Source: Candidatus Omnitrophota bacterium
GTDB lineage: Bacteria; Ratteibacteria; UBA8468; B48-G9; DTJG01
Assembly (NCBI GenBank): GCA_023818965.1
Contig: JAMWCD010000001.1
Span: 9,509-73,508, forward strand
Direction: 5' to 3'
DNA length: 64,000 bases
Positions within the stretch are counted from its first letter, which is position 1; each line of letters begins with the position of its first letter. A model generated the notes under the pieces. It saw only the letters and a program-made list of their open reading frames with translations. It did not search any database and was not told the origin of the DNA. This document shows positions 20,242-29,328 of the stretch, one piece after another. A program made the translations under genes and the position numbers.

Positions 20242-20365
20242 AATACCGAATTAAGTTCGCCAGAGAGCAAGGCGGCAAGGAGAAGGCAACGAGGCATACT
20301 GATGTATGTTGAAAAATCCGACGACGCAGCCAACGATGCTATATGGATGAAATCAATTCGGTATT
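20242..20365. mobile_element. ERIC-like miniature inverted-repeat element (124 bp)
   Basis: 11-bp terminal inverted repeats AATACCGAATT/AATTCGGTATT; internal AAGGCGGCAA, CATAC-tgat-GTATG hairpin and GCAGCCAAC; GC-richer than flanks. Confidence 0.6.
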
Positions 20366-20387
20366 AAAAAATAACAGGGAGAAGACA

Positions 20388-21755
20388 GTGGACAAAGAAA
20401 GAACCATTCAATTGAAAGATGAATTTGAAAAAGTGCTGCGAGTTTTAGAGACAACTGAGAAAATTGATAAAAATTTTTCTATTCCAACCGAAGAATTTGT
20501 TCAGAGACAGAAAACAACATACGAAAATATCAAAAAGTATGGTATTGATGTTGGTATTGTCTTTTCAGATCAGCATTATAATGGCGATGTTCCATATCTT
20601 GGAGGAAATACAAACATTACAATTGAACAGGTTGCAGGTGTCATTGGGAAAACAGGATTTCATATTATTGCAGGACTTGAAGGGGGTTATGTCTCAGAAC
20701 AACTTGCGAAAAGGGCTTGTGCGAAGGTTCATAAGGTTGAGATGTTAAAACTTGCAGACGAAGAATACCCGATAAATGCGGAAAAACTTGAAGATGTTAT
20801 TGAGCAAGCAGCGGGTTCAAAGGTCAAAAAAATTGGACTTCTCACACCGAGGGAGGTAATTCCATACAGGCTTGTCAATTATCTTGAAAATATTTACGGT
20901 GCAGAAAATGTTGTTGATATTCAGGAAGTTTATTACAAAATCAAATATGAAAAATCAGATAATGAGATGCGATTAATCAGAGATGCCTGCAAAATCGCTG
21001 ATGCCATGATGAGAGGTATGCTGGCAGTATTAAAGCCGGGTATGCTTGAAACACAGGTTGCAGCATGGGGTTATTTCATTGGCAGGGAACTTGGGGCTGA
21101 AGAAATGGGATGGGATATTATTGTTGGTGCAAATGAGGCAAATCGCACCTTGATAGGAAAGGCACTTAACAGAGAAATCAAAAGAGGCGATTATGTTCAT
21201 TTGGGTGTTGCACCAAAAAGGGATGGATTGAATTCATGTATACGAAGGTCAGTGATTGCTGTTGAACATCCTTCACAGGTTACCAGTGAACAAAAATACT
21301 GGTTTGACCTTGTTGAACAGGCATATAAAATTGGTTTCGAGAAATACTGTGAGGTTGCAGAAAGAAATCTTCCAGCATATATCCAGGAGAAAGCCCTTGT
21401 GGATTTTTTTGCATCAAAATCAGAAGAAGTGTCCAAAAAGATAGGGAAAAAAATTAATCTTGAAAGATTAAAGCCATACACTGGAACTCATAATGCAGGT
21501 TATACTGAGTGTCAGGAATTTTATGGGGCAATCACATTGAAATCAACAGAACCTCTTGGAAATCAAATCGTTACTATGCTTGATGTAGCCCTGAGAGGGA
21601 TTGGTGATTACTGGGATGATGTTATAATACCAGGGTTTGACTATGTTGTCATTGAGAATACACTCGGGAAATTTGGAACACGTGTTGAATGTTTTAATAA
21701 GTTGCCATTAAATGTTCAATCTCTTGTGGGGAATCCAGAACCTCCTAATTATTAA
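20388..21755 (+). CDS. M24 (Xaa-Pro peptidase/creatinase) fold enzyme with non-canonical metal ligands
   Basis: KSDNEMRLIRDACKIAD and LKPGMLETQVA patterns. GTG at 20388 follows AGGGAG; the ORF-track ATG lies inside the ERIC-like element. Confidence 0.7.
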   Translation: MDKERTIQLKDEFEKVLRVLETTEKIDKNFSIPTEEFVQRQKTTYENIKKYGIDVGIVFSDQHYNGDVPYLGGNTNITIEQVAGVIGKTGFHIIAGLEGGYVSEQLAKRACAKVHKVEMLKLADEEYPINAEKLEDVIEQAAGSKVKKIGLLTPREVIPYRLVNYLENIYGAENVVDIQEVYYKIKYEKSDNEMRLIRDACKIADAMMRGMLAVLKPGMLETQVAAWGYFIGRELGAEEMGWDIIVGANEANRTLIGKALNREIKRGDYVHLGVAPKRDGLNSCIRRSVIAVEHPSQVTSEQKYWFDLVEQAYKIGFEKYCEVAERNLPAYIQEKALVDFFASKSEEVSKKIGKKINLERLKPYTGTHNAGYTECQEFYGAITLKSTEPLGNQIVTMLDVALRGIGDYWDDVIIPGFDYVVIENTLGKFGTRVECFNKLPLNVQSLVGNPEPPNY

Positions 21756-23343
21756 TTTTTTTCTTCTGACGTTTATTGGCATACATCATTTTGTCGGCTA
21801 TAGAAATGAGATTATCAATAGAAAGTTCTTTGCCTGGTTCATAGACCGAATAACCGATGCTTATTGAAATTTTATAGCCCTTTTCAATTTTTTCGTTTGC
21901 TGCATCAAGAGTTTTTTGTAATCGTTGAATAATGGTTTCAACATCAACAGGAGAATTTTGAATTACAAGGGCGATAAATTCATCACCGCCAACTCTTCCG
22001 ACAATATCAGATTGCCGAAAAGTTTGTTTTAATATTTCCGCAGTCCTCACAATAGCAATATCACCTTCAAGATGTCCATACCTGTCATTGATATTCTTAA
22101 GGTCGTCAAGGTCAAGGAAAAAAAGCACCATAAATTGTTTCATTCTTTCTGCTATTTTTAATTGTTGTTCTGCCAGAAGGAAAAATCCTCTTCTATTGTA
22201 TAAACCAGTAAGAGAATCAGTCACAGATAATTGTTCAAGGATTTTTTCTGCATATTCTTTTTTTAAGGTTATCCTTGCAATAATCCATGAAACCACAATA
22301 AAAAATAATATCAGAACAGAATCATACAAAAGGAATTCTTTAAGCCGTGTTGCCGATTGGATTGTACAGAGGTGTTTTGGTACAAAAGAGATAAATTTCC
22401 ATACATAGTCAAAACTTTTGATAGGAGAAAGAGATGAATAATCAAAATCAGTGGTTGTCTGCTGACATGCCTTTTCTGCACGTGCAACAGGATAAAACGT
22501 GGTAAAGGTAAAAAGACCTTCTGAAGTGAAAATCTGTCCTGTCTGGTCTATTGTAATTTTTTTCCATGCATGGGGAAAGACACGGTCAAAAGTTTTCTCA
22601 CGTCTTGCACTGTAAAGGAAACCGAATTCATCCTCAGGTTTTGGCCCTTTAATCCAGTACCCCTCGGCATTGACAATAAAATATCTTGCACTTTTTCCTT
22701 CCTGTTCTGAAGGATGTTCAAATGCGGTTTTCAATATTTCGAAAATTGGCTTACAATTGAAACTGACAAGCATTACTGCCCTTTTACTTCCCTGTTTATC
22801 AAAAACACATATTCCGAATACAATGACCGGAATGTCATCATCAAGTTGAAAATCTGATAGGTATAAGTGTCCTCTCGCAAGAGGTAAAGTGCTTTTATAA
22901 TCGATGTTATTTCTGAGATTTCCTTCTGTTTTTGATAACTCAATAAATTTTCTATTTTCCGCTTTCAGCCGTAAGAGAATATTACCGTTTTTATCAAGTA
23001 GTGTAATTTTTGAATAATAATCTTTACTGCTTAAAAAGGACGAGACAGCATCAAGAAATTTTGTTTTGTTCTGATCCCCTGAAATATAACTGGAAGATAG
23101 TTTTTCCAGAAAAAGCACATCAGCAATTGTTGAATCAAAACTTTTGATAATGAGTTTTGAGATTGCAGAAATATTTTTAATTTCCTGATTTTCAATGATG
23201 GAGAGTTCATTTCTTGCACTGGAGACATAAAGAACCGTTGTGATTCCTGCAAGTATTATAACAATTGAACAAAAAATAAACAAAAACCTTTTGATAAGGT
23301 CTGATGTTTTTATTCCTTCTTCTTCAGGTTTATGAAATTTCAT
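21745..23343 (-). CDS. Membrane sensor diguanylate cyclase (Cache-like periplasmic domain + GGDEF)
   Basis: Two TM segments, DSLTGLYNRR, DLDDLKNINDRYGH, RQSD I-site, intact GGDEF. Confidence 0.92.
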   Translation of the reverse strand: MKFHKPEEEGIKTSDLIKRFLFIFCSIVIILAGITTVLYVSSARNELSIIENQEIKNISAISKLIIKSFDSTIADVLFLEKLSSSYISGDQNKTKFLDAVSSFLSSKDYYSKITLLDKNGNILLRLKAENRKFIELSKTEGNLRNNIDYKSTLPLARGHLYLSDFQLDDDIPVIVFGICVFDKQGSKRAVMLVSFNCKPIFEILKTAFEHPSEQEGKSARYFIVNAEGYWIKGPKPEDEFGFLYSARREKTFDRVFPHAWKKITIDQTGQIFTSEGLFTFTTFYPVARAEKACQQTTTDFDYSSLSPIKSFDYVWKFISFVPKHLCTIQSATRLKEFLLYDSVLILFFIVVSWIIARITLKKEYAEKILEQLSVTDSLTGLYNRRGFFLLAEQQLKIAERMKQFMVLFFLDLDDLKNINDRYGHLEGDIAIVRTAEILKQTFRQSDIVGRVGGDEFIALVIQNSPVDVETIIQRLQKTLDAANEKIEKGYKISISIGYSVYEPGKELSIDNLISIADKMMYANKRQKKKINN

Positions 23344-23525
23344 TGTGCTCCCTGTTCAGAATTATTCTATATTATGGCTGAAATTCAGTCAAAATTCATT
23401 TAGTTATCTTTTTTATACTTCCTCTCATCTCCTCCTGATATACCCATATTTTCCACCTTGCAAAAGGGGATGTGAGGATGAACCGATAGGAAAATAAGTA
23501 AAATTGTTATATAATATTCTACATT

Positions 23526-23656
23526 CCTCCTGGATCCCCCTTCTATTCCCCCTTTTGTAAAGGGGGATTGAGAGGGATTTAAATCCAACCCCGCCCTCCT
23601 TTATAAAAGGAGGGAAGGGGAGGTTGAAAAGGGGGAAAATAGGGGGATTCAGGAGG
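23526..23656. repeat. C5/G5 hairpin repeat cluster 2 (MITE-like)
   Basis: Imperfect ~30-bp terminal inverted repeats (CCTCCTGGATCCCCC... / ...GGGGGATTCAGGAGG) enclosing two hairpin units. Confidence 0.85.
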
Positions 23657-23711
23657 GTAAAGGAAATAATTAGTTAAATTTGCAGAATCTATTTTGCTAT
23701 CAGGAGGGAAA

Positions 23712-24746
23712 ATGTCAGTTGAAAAAATGATCGAGACAGAAGAATCCCTGGAAGAGATTCTTTCAAGACCATACCCTGAAGTGGTTGAATTATGCAGGAA
23801 ACTGAAAGGCGACATTATCATACTTGGTGTGGCAGGTAAAATGGGACCAACGTTTGCGATTCAGTTGAAAAGGGCATGTGATATGGCAGGAGTCAAAAAA
23901 AGAATTATCGGGGTTGCTCGATTTTCAGATGAGAATGTGAAAAAGAATCTTGATAACAATGGAATTGAGACAATTGTTTGCGATTTACTTGAAAGACAAC
24001 AGGTTGATAATCTTCCGGATGTTGAAAATGTGATTTTTATGGCAGGAATGAAATTTGGCACGGTTTCCAATCAACCGCTTACCTGGGCAATGAATTCTTA
24101 TGTTCCAGCACTTGTCGCTACAAAATTTAAAAATTCCTGTATTGTTGCTCTTTCAACAGGCAATGTTTATCCACTGGTGCCTGTTTCATCAGGTGGTTCA
24201 AAGGAAACTGATCCACCCGAACCCATTGGTGAATATGCTCAGTCATGTCTTGGCAGGGAAAGGGTTTTTGAATATTTTTCATCAAAGTTCTCAATTCCCT
24301 CTGTTATTGTGCGGCTTAATTATGCTGTTGAATTACGGTATGGCGTGCTATATGATATTGGAAAGAAGGTTTATAATGGGGAAAAAATTTTTCTTGAAAA
24401 TGGCTATGTGAATGTTGTCTGGCAGAGATGGGCAAATAGTATAATTTTCAGATGTTTCAGTTTATGTTCAGTCCCGCCAAAAATATTGAATTTAACAGGT
24501 CCAGAAATTCTATCTGTTAGAAAGATCGCTGAAGAATTTGGAAAATTATTTAAAAAACAACCAGTGTTTGAACGAAAAGAAGCACCTACTGCCTATCTTT
24601 CAGATGCAAGTCAGTGTTTCAAAATTTTTGGAAAACCTGATGTTGATCCGTGGACTCTTGTAAAATGGATTGCTCACTGGATAGAAATTGGAGGTAGGGC
24701 TTTTGAGAAACCCACACATTTTGAAGAAAGGACAGGGAGGTATTGA
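23712..24746 (+). CDS. NAD-dependent epimerase/dehydratase family protein
   Basis: ILGVAGKMG, STGNVY, YAQSC (YxxxK lysine replaced), RLNYA. RBS GGAGGG before ATG 23712. Confidence 0.8.
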   Translation: MSVEKMIETEESLEEILSRPYPEVVELCRKLKGDIIILGVAGKMGPTFAIQLKRACDMAGVKKRIIGVARFSDENVKKNLDNNGIETIVCDLLERQQVDNLPDVENVIFMAGMKFGTVSNQPLTWAMNSYVPALVATKFKNSCIVALSTGNVYPLVPVSSGGSKETDPPEPIGEYAQSCLGRERVFEYFSSKFSIPSVIVRLNYAVELRYGVLYDIGKKVYNGEKIFLENGYVNVVWQRWANSIIFRCFSLCSVPPKILNLTGPEILSVRKIAEEFGKLFKKQPVFERKEAPTAYLSDASQCFKIFGKPDVDPWTLVKWIAHWIEIGGRAFEKPTHFEERTGRY

Positions 24747-25798
24747 TGAAAATACCAGAAAACATACTGAAAAAAATAAAAAAAGGAACTGTAATTCCTG
24801 CTCATCCTCTGGCACTGACAGAAAAAAGAACATTTGATGAAAAAAGGCAAAAAGCCCTGACACGATATTATCTTTCTGCAGGCGCAGGTGGGCTTGCTAT
24901 TGGAGTTCATACAACGCAATTTGAAATCCATGACAAAAAAATTGGGCTTTACAGACCTGTGCTTGAAATCGGAGCAGAAACCATTTCAGAGTATGAAGAA
25001 AAAAATCAACTGGAAACTCCGATTATAAGAATAGCAGGTGTCATCGGGAAAACTAAGCAGGCAATGAGTGAAGCAGAATTAGCCCACCAACTTGGATATC
25101 ATGCAGTTCTTTTAAGTTTATCTGCATTCAAGGGCTCAACCAATGATGAGATGTTATCACATGTCAGAAAAGTTTCTGAAATCATGCCTGTATTTGGTTT
25201 TTATTTACAGACCAGTGTTGGGGGCAGGGTTCTGAATTATGATTTCTGGAGAAAATTTGCTGAAATTGAAAATGTTGTTGCAATAAAAATAGCACCATTT
25301 AACAGGTATCAAACAATAGATGTTATAAGGGCTATTGCTGATAGTGGAAGAGACATTGCATTGTACACAGGAAATGATGATAATATTGTATCTGACCTTA
25401 TTACTCCATTTAATTTTTCAAACAGAAAATTGCGAATTGTTGGAGGATTGCTCGGTCACTGGGCTTTCTGGACATCAAAAGCAGTCGAACTATTGAACAG
25501 AATTCATTCAATTGTTGAGAATGAAAAATCAATTCCTGATTTTCTATTATCTCTTGGTGTGGAAATTACAGATGTCAATGCAGCAGTATTTGATGCGGCA
25601 AATAATTTTGCCGGTTGTATTCCAGGTATTCATGAAATTTTAAGAAGACAGGGATTATTGAAGGGTATATGGACATTAAATGAAAAAGAAACCCTCTCAC
25701 CAGGACAAAAAGAAGAAATTGATAGAGTTTGTAAACTTTATCCTCACTTGAATGATGATGAATTTGTTTCTGAACATCTTGACCAGTGGCTGAAATAA
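24746..25798 (+). CDS. Dihydrodipicolinate synthase (class I aldolase) family protein
   Basis: VIPAHPLAL, GVHTTQF, FGFYLQ, VAIKIAPF (Schiff-base Lys), YTGNDD. Confidence 0.8.
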   Translation: MKIPENILKKIKKGTVIPAHPLALTEKRTFDEKRQKALTRYYLSAGAGGLAIGVHTTQFEIHDKKIGLYRPVLEIGAETISEYEEKNQLETPIIRIAGVIGKTKQAMSEAELAHQLGYHAVLLSLSAFKGSTNDEMLSHVRKVSEIMPVFGFYLQTSVGGRVLNYDFWRKFAEIENVVAIKIAPFNRYQTIDVIRAIADSGRDIALYTGNDDNIVSDLITPFNFSNRKLRIVGGLLGHWAFWTSKAVELLNRIHSIVENEKSIPDFLLSLGVEITDVNAAVFDAANNFAGCIPGIHEILRRQGLLKGIWTLNEKETLSPGQKEEIDRVCKLYPHLNDDEFVSEHLDQWLK

Positions 25799-25820
25799 TC
25801 ATCAAAAGTTTTTCAAAAAA

Positions 25821-28355
25821 ATGGAAAATCTCCAGGGTTTAAGAGAGTCTGAGGTTCAAAATCTTCTAAAAAGATATGGTTATAATGAACTGCCTTCGCC
25901 TGACCGCAGAACAACTTTGAATATTCTGATAAGTATCTTTAAAGAACCAATGTTTTTACTTCTTGTTTCCTGCGGTGTGATTTATTTGATTGTTGGGAAT
26001 ATGACTGAGGCGCAGATGCTTCTTGGCTTTGTTTTTCTTGTTATGGGCATCACTTTTTACCAGGAAAGAAAGACAGAGAGAGCGCTTCAGTCATTGAAAA
26101 ATCTTTCAAGTCCCAGGGCACTTGTTATAAGAGATGGAATTGAGCGCAGGATTTCTGGAAGAGAGATCGTTCCTGGAGATATTGTCATTCTCAGTGAAGG
26201 AGATCGAGTGCCAGCAGATGGTTTGATTATTTCTTCCAGTAATCTTTATATTGATGAATCACTTATTACAGGGGAATCTGAGCCAGTGAGAAAAATTGCC
26301 TGTCAATCCAATTCAGAAATCTCCAGCGAAAAAGAAAATGTTTGTTTTGCTTATGCAGGCGGACTGGTGGTCAGGGGATACGGAGTTATGAGAGTGACAT
26401 CAACCGGTCAAAAAACTGTGATGGGTAAAATCGGAAAATCCTTGCAGAGTATTGAAACCGAAGAGACATTGATTCAAAAGGAAATTAAAAAACTTGTGAA
26501 GAGATTTTCAACAGTTGGCTTTTTCCTCTGTTTAATTGTTTTTCTTACATACCGGTTGTTTAATTACCACTGGATGGATGGAATTCTGGCAGGTTTAACA
26601 CTCGCAATGGCAATTCTTCCTGAAGAATTTCCTGTAGTTGTTACAATATTTTTTGCTCTTGGAGCATGGAGATTATCAAAACATCATGTTTTGACAAGAA
26701 GAATTCCTGCTATTGAAACACTGGGAGCAACCACTGTGTTATGTGTGGATAAAACAGGGACCCTTACAACAAATCGAATGGAAGTAAGAGGGCTTTATTC
26801 AGAGGGGAAACTTTTAGTTTTTGATCCTGATAAAATTTCAGAATTACCAGAAACATTTCACAGATTGATTGAATTCGGTGTCCTTGCCAGTATTGAAAGA
26901 CCTTTTGACCCGATGGAAAGAGCATTTCAGGATTTTGCAAAAAAATATCTCATTAATACTGAACATATTCATCACAACTGGATTCTTGTAAGAGAGTATC
27001 CTCTTTCAGAAAATCTATCAGCAATGTCAAATGTCTGGAAATCACCGGATGGAAATAAATTCATCATTTCAGTGAAGGGTTCGCCAGAGGCGATTTTCGA
27101 TTTGTGTCATTTTTCATCTGCTGAATACAGTCAGCTTGAAGAAGCAGCAAGAATGATGGCTGAACAGGGTTTCAGAGTACTGGGTGTGGCAGAAGCAGAA
27201 TTCAGCCAAAAAAATTCCCTTCCTGAAAAGCAGCATGATTTCAATTTTGTTTTTATTGGACTGATTGGATTGATGGACCCGCCAAGAGAAACAGCAACCG
27301 GGGCACTACAATCATGTAAGGATGCAGGGATCAGGGTTGTGATGATTACGGGTGATTATCCTGGTACTGCAAGGGCAATTGCAAAGAAAACAGGATTATT
27401 ATCATATGACAGAATTATTACAGGGCAAAATCTTGAACAGATGAGCAACGAGGAACTGGAAAAAAACTTAAAAAATGTTGATATTTTCGCCCGTATTATG
27501 CCTGAACAGAAACTGAGGATTGTGAATGCTTTTAAAAAAAATGGAGACATTGTCGCAATGACTGGAGATGGTGTTAATGATGCGCCTGCATTAAAATCAG
27601 CTCATATCGGTATTGCAATGGGAGAAAGAGGTACAGATGTTGCAAGGGAATCTGCGGATATAGTGCTTATGAATGATGATTTTTCATCCATTGTTGAGGC
27701 AATAAAAATTGGTAGAACCATTTACGATAATTTGAAGAAAGCCATGTCTTATATTATTTCAGTGCATATTCCTATCATCGGAATGTCTCTTTTTCCTGTG
27801 TTAATGGGGCTTCCGCTTGTGCTTGGACCGGTTCACATTGTTTTTCTTGAAATGGTGATAGACCCTGCATGTTCAACTGTTTTTGAGGCAGAACCACCAG
27901 AACCAGATCTTATGAAAAGGCCTCCAAGAAAACTGGATGAGCAGGTCCTTGATAGAAAAACATTTTTATTTGCTCTAATTCAGGGAATAGTGGTGTTATG
28001 TGTTGTTCTTGCTGTTTTTATGATATCTCTTGCAAGCGGCCATAGCGAAGGCAGGTCAAGAGCCATTACATTTACATCCTTAATTGTTGCAAACATTGGT
28101 CTTATATTTGTGAATCGCTCAATGTCAAGGTCTATTTTTTCAAAAACATTACTCAATAAACCACTCATTTTTGTCACTGCTGGTGCATTATTTTTTCTTT
28201 CAATCATCAATTTTAATCCATGGTTAAGGCAGATGTTCAAATTTGAAACAATTGATTTCCATGATACAGTGATGTGTGTTATTGCCGCAATCTGCAGTAC
28301 ATTGTGGTTTGAAGGAATTAAATATTTTATGAGGAAAAAACAGAAAGAGAAATAA
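25821..28355 (+). CDS. Cation-translocating P-type ATPase (type II-like)
   Basis: TGES, DKTGTLT, KGSPE, TGDY, MTGDGVNDAPAL; TM4 motif PEEFP. Confidence 0.95.
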   Translation: MENLQGLRESEVQNLLKRYGYNELPSPDRRTTLNILISIFKEPMFLLLVSCGVIYLIVGNMTEAQMLLGFVFLVMGITFYQERKTERALQSLKNLSSPRALVIRDGIERRISGREIVPGDIVILSEGDRVPADGLIISSSNLYIDESLITGESEPVRKIACQSNSEISSEKENVCFAYAGGLVVRGYGVMRVTSTGQKTVMGKIGKSLQSIETEETLIQKEIKKLVKRFSTVGFFLCLIVFLTYRLFNYHWMDGILAGLTLAMAILPEEFPVVVTIFFALGAWRLSKHHVLTRRIPAIETLGATTVLCVDKTGTLTTNRMEVRGLYSEGKLLVFDPDKISELPETFHRLIEFGVLASIERPFDPMERAFQDFAKKYLINTEHIHHNWILVREYPLSENLSAMSNVWKSPDGNKFIISVKGSPEAIFDLCHFSSAEYSQLEEAARMMAEQGFRVLGVAEAEFSQKNSLPEKQHDFNFVFIGLIGLMDPPRETATGALQSCKDAGIRVVMITGDYPGTARAIAKKTGLLSYDRIITGQNLEQMSNEELEKNLKNVDIFARIMPEQKLRIVNAFKKNGDIVAMTGDGVNDAPALKSAHIGIAMGERGTDVARESADIVLMNDDFSSIVEAIKIGRTIYDNLKKAMSYIISVHIPIIGMSLFPVLMGLPLVLGPVHIVFLEMVIDPACSTVFEAEPPEPDLMKRPPRKLDEQVLDRKTFLFALIQGIVVLCVVLAVFMISLASGHSEGRSRAITFTSLIVANIGLIFVNRSMSRSIFSKTLLNKPLIFVTAGALFFLSIINFNPWLRQMFKFETIDFHDTVMCVIAAICSTLWFEGIKYFMRKKQKEK

Positions 28356-28418
28356 AATTTCCTTTCCGTATAGGAAACTTTGTCATATTTGAGATTTTCA
28401 TAATAATCCGTTTTTTCA

Positions 28419-28477
28419 TTGACAATTTTTGAAATAATATTACAATAATCGTAGAAAACATTTGAAATAAAATAACA
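28419..28477 (+). promoter_or_regulatory. Sigma70 promoter with two candidate RpiR operators
   Basis: TTGACA (28419), 16-nt spacer, TACAAT (28441); 15-bp sites TGAAATAATATTACA (28430-28444) and TGAAATAAAATAACA (28463-28477). Confidence 0.6.
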
Positions 28478-28488
28478 TAGGGGTTGAT

Positions 28489-29328
28489 GTGAATATCTAT
28501 GAGAAAATCAAAATTCTCGAGCCCTCATTTACGTCTTCGGAAAAAAAGGTTGCAGATTTTCTGTGTTTCAATAAAAAAGATACACCGTTTTTAACAATCT
28601 ACAATGTGGCAAAAAGTACAGGTGTTAGTACTGCAACTGTGACTCGTTTTGCAAAAAAAATGGGTTGCAGAAATTTTTCAGAATTGAAAATATTTTTTGC
28701 AAAACAATCATCAGGCTCACTCCACGAAATTTTTAGTGCAATAGAACCAAAAGATACTGATGAAGAGATAGTGAAAAAGGTTTTTCATGGGAATAAAAAG
28801 AGTCTGGAAGATACTCTGCACATTACAGACATATCAAAACTTACTACCCTTGCAAGAAAAATAGTTACTGCAAAACGGTTGATCTGCATAGGAATAGGAG
28901 GTTCAGGAAATGTAGCACAGGATGCAGCATTGAGATTTTCACATCTTGATTTACAGTCTGAGGCATATACTGACTATTATCATATTTTGATTCAGATGTT
29001 ACGGGCAGATGTAAATACTGTTGTAATTGGGATTTCGCATTCCGGGCGTTCCACAATTACTGTTGAGGGATTGAAAATGGCAAGGGAACAAAATGCTACC
29101 ACTGTGGGAATTTCAAATTACTATAATTCCCCTCTTGCCAGGGTTTCAGATTATTTCTTTTGTACATCTTTTCCTGAAACAGGTGTCAAGGTTGCTGCCC
29201 TATCGTCACGGATCGCCCAGTTGTGTTTGATCGATGCAATTTATCTTCTTGTTGCAAAGTATAAAAAGAAATTGTGGGATGTCAGTAAATTGAATGATCT
29301 TACAAATAAACTACTTCGCAAAAAATGA
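28489..29328 (+). CDS. MurR/RpiR family transcriptional regulator
   Basis: N-terminal HTH (VSTATVTRFAKKMG..FSELK) plus SIS domain (GIGGSG, ISHSGRS, SSRIAQL). GTG start. Confidence 0.93.
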   Translation: MNIYEKIKILEPSFTSSEKKVADFLCFNKKDTPFLTIYNVAKSTGVSTATVTRFAKKMGCRNFSELKIFFAKQSSGSLHEIFSAIEPKDTDEEIVKKVFHGNKKSLEDTLHITDISKLTTLARKIVTAKRLICIGIGGSGNVAQDAALRFSHLDLQSEAYTDYYHILIQMLRADVNTVVIGISHSGRSTITVEGLKMAREQNATTVGISNYYNSPLARVSDYFFCTSFPETGVKVAALSSRIAQLCLIDAIYLLVAKYKKKLWDVSKLNDLTNKLLRKK

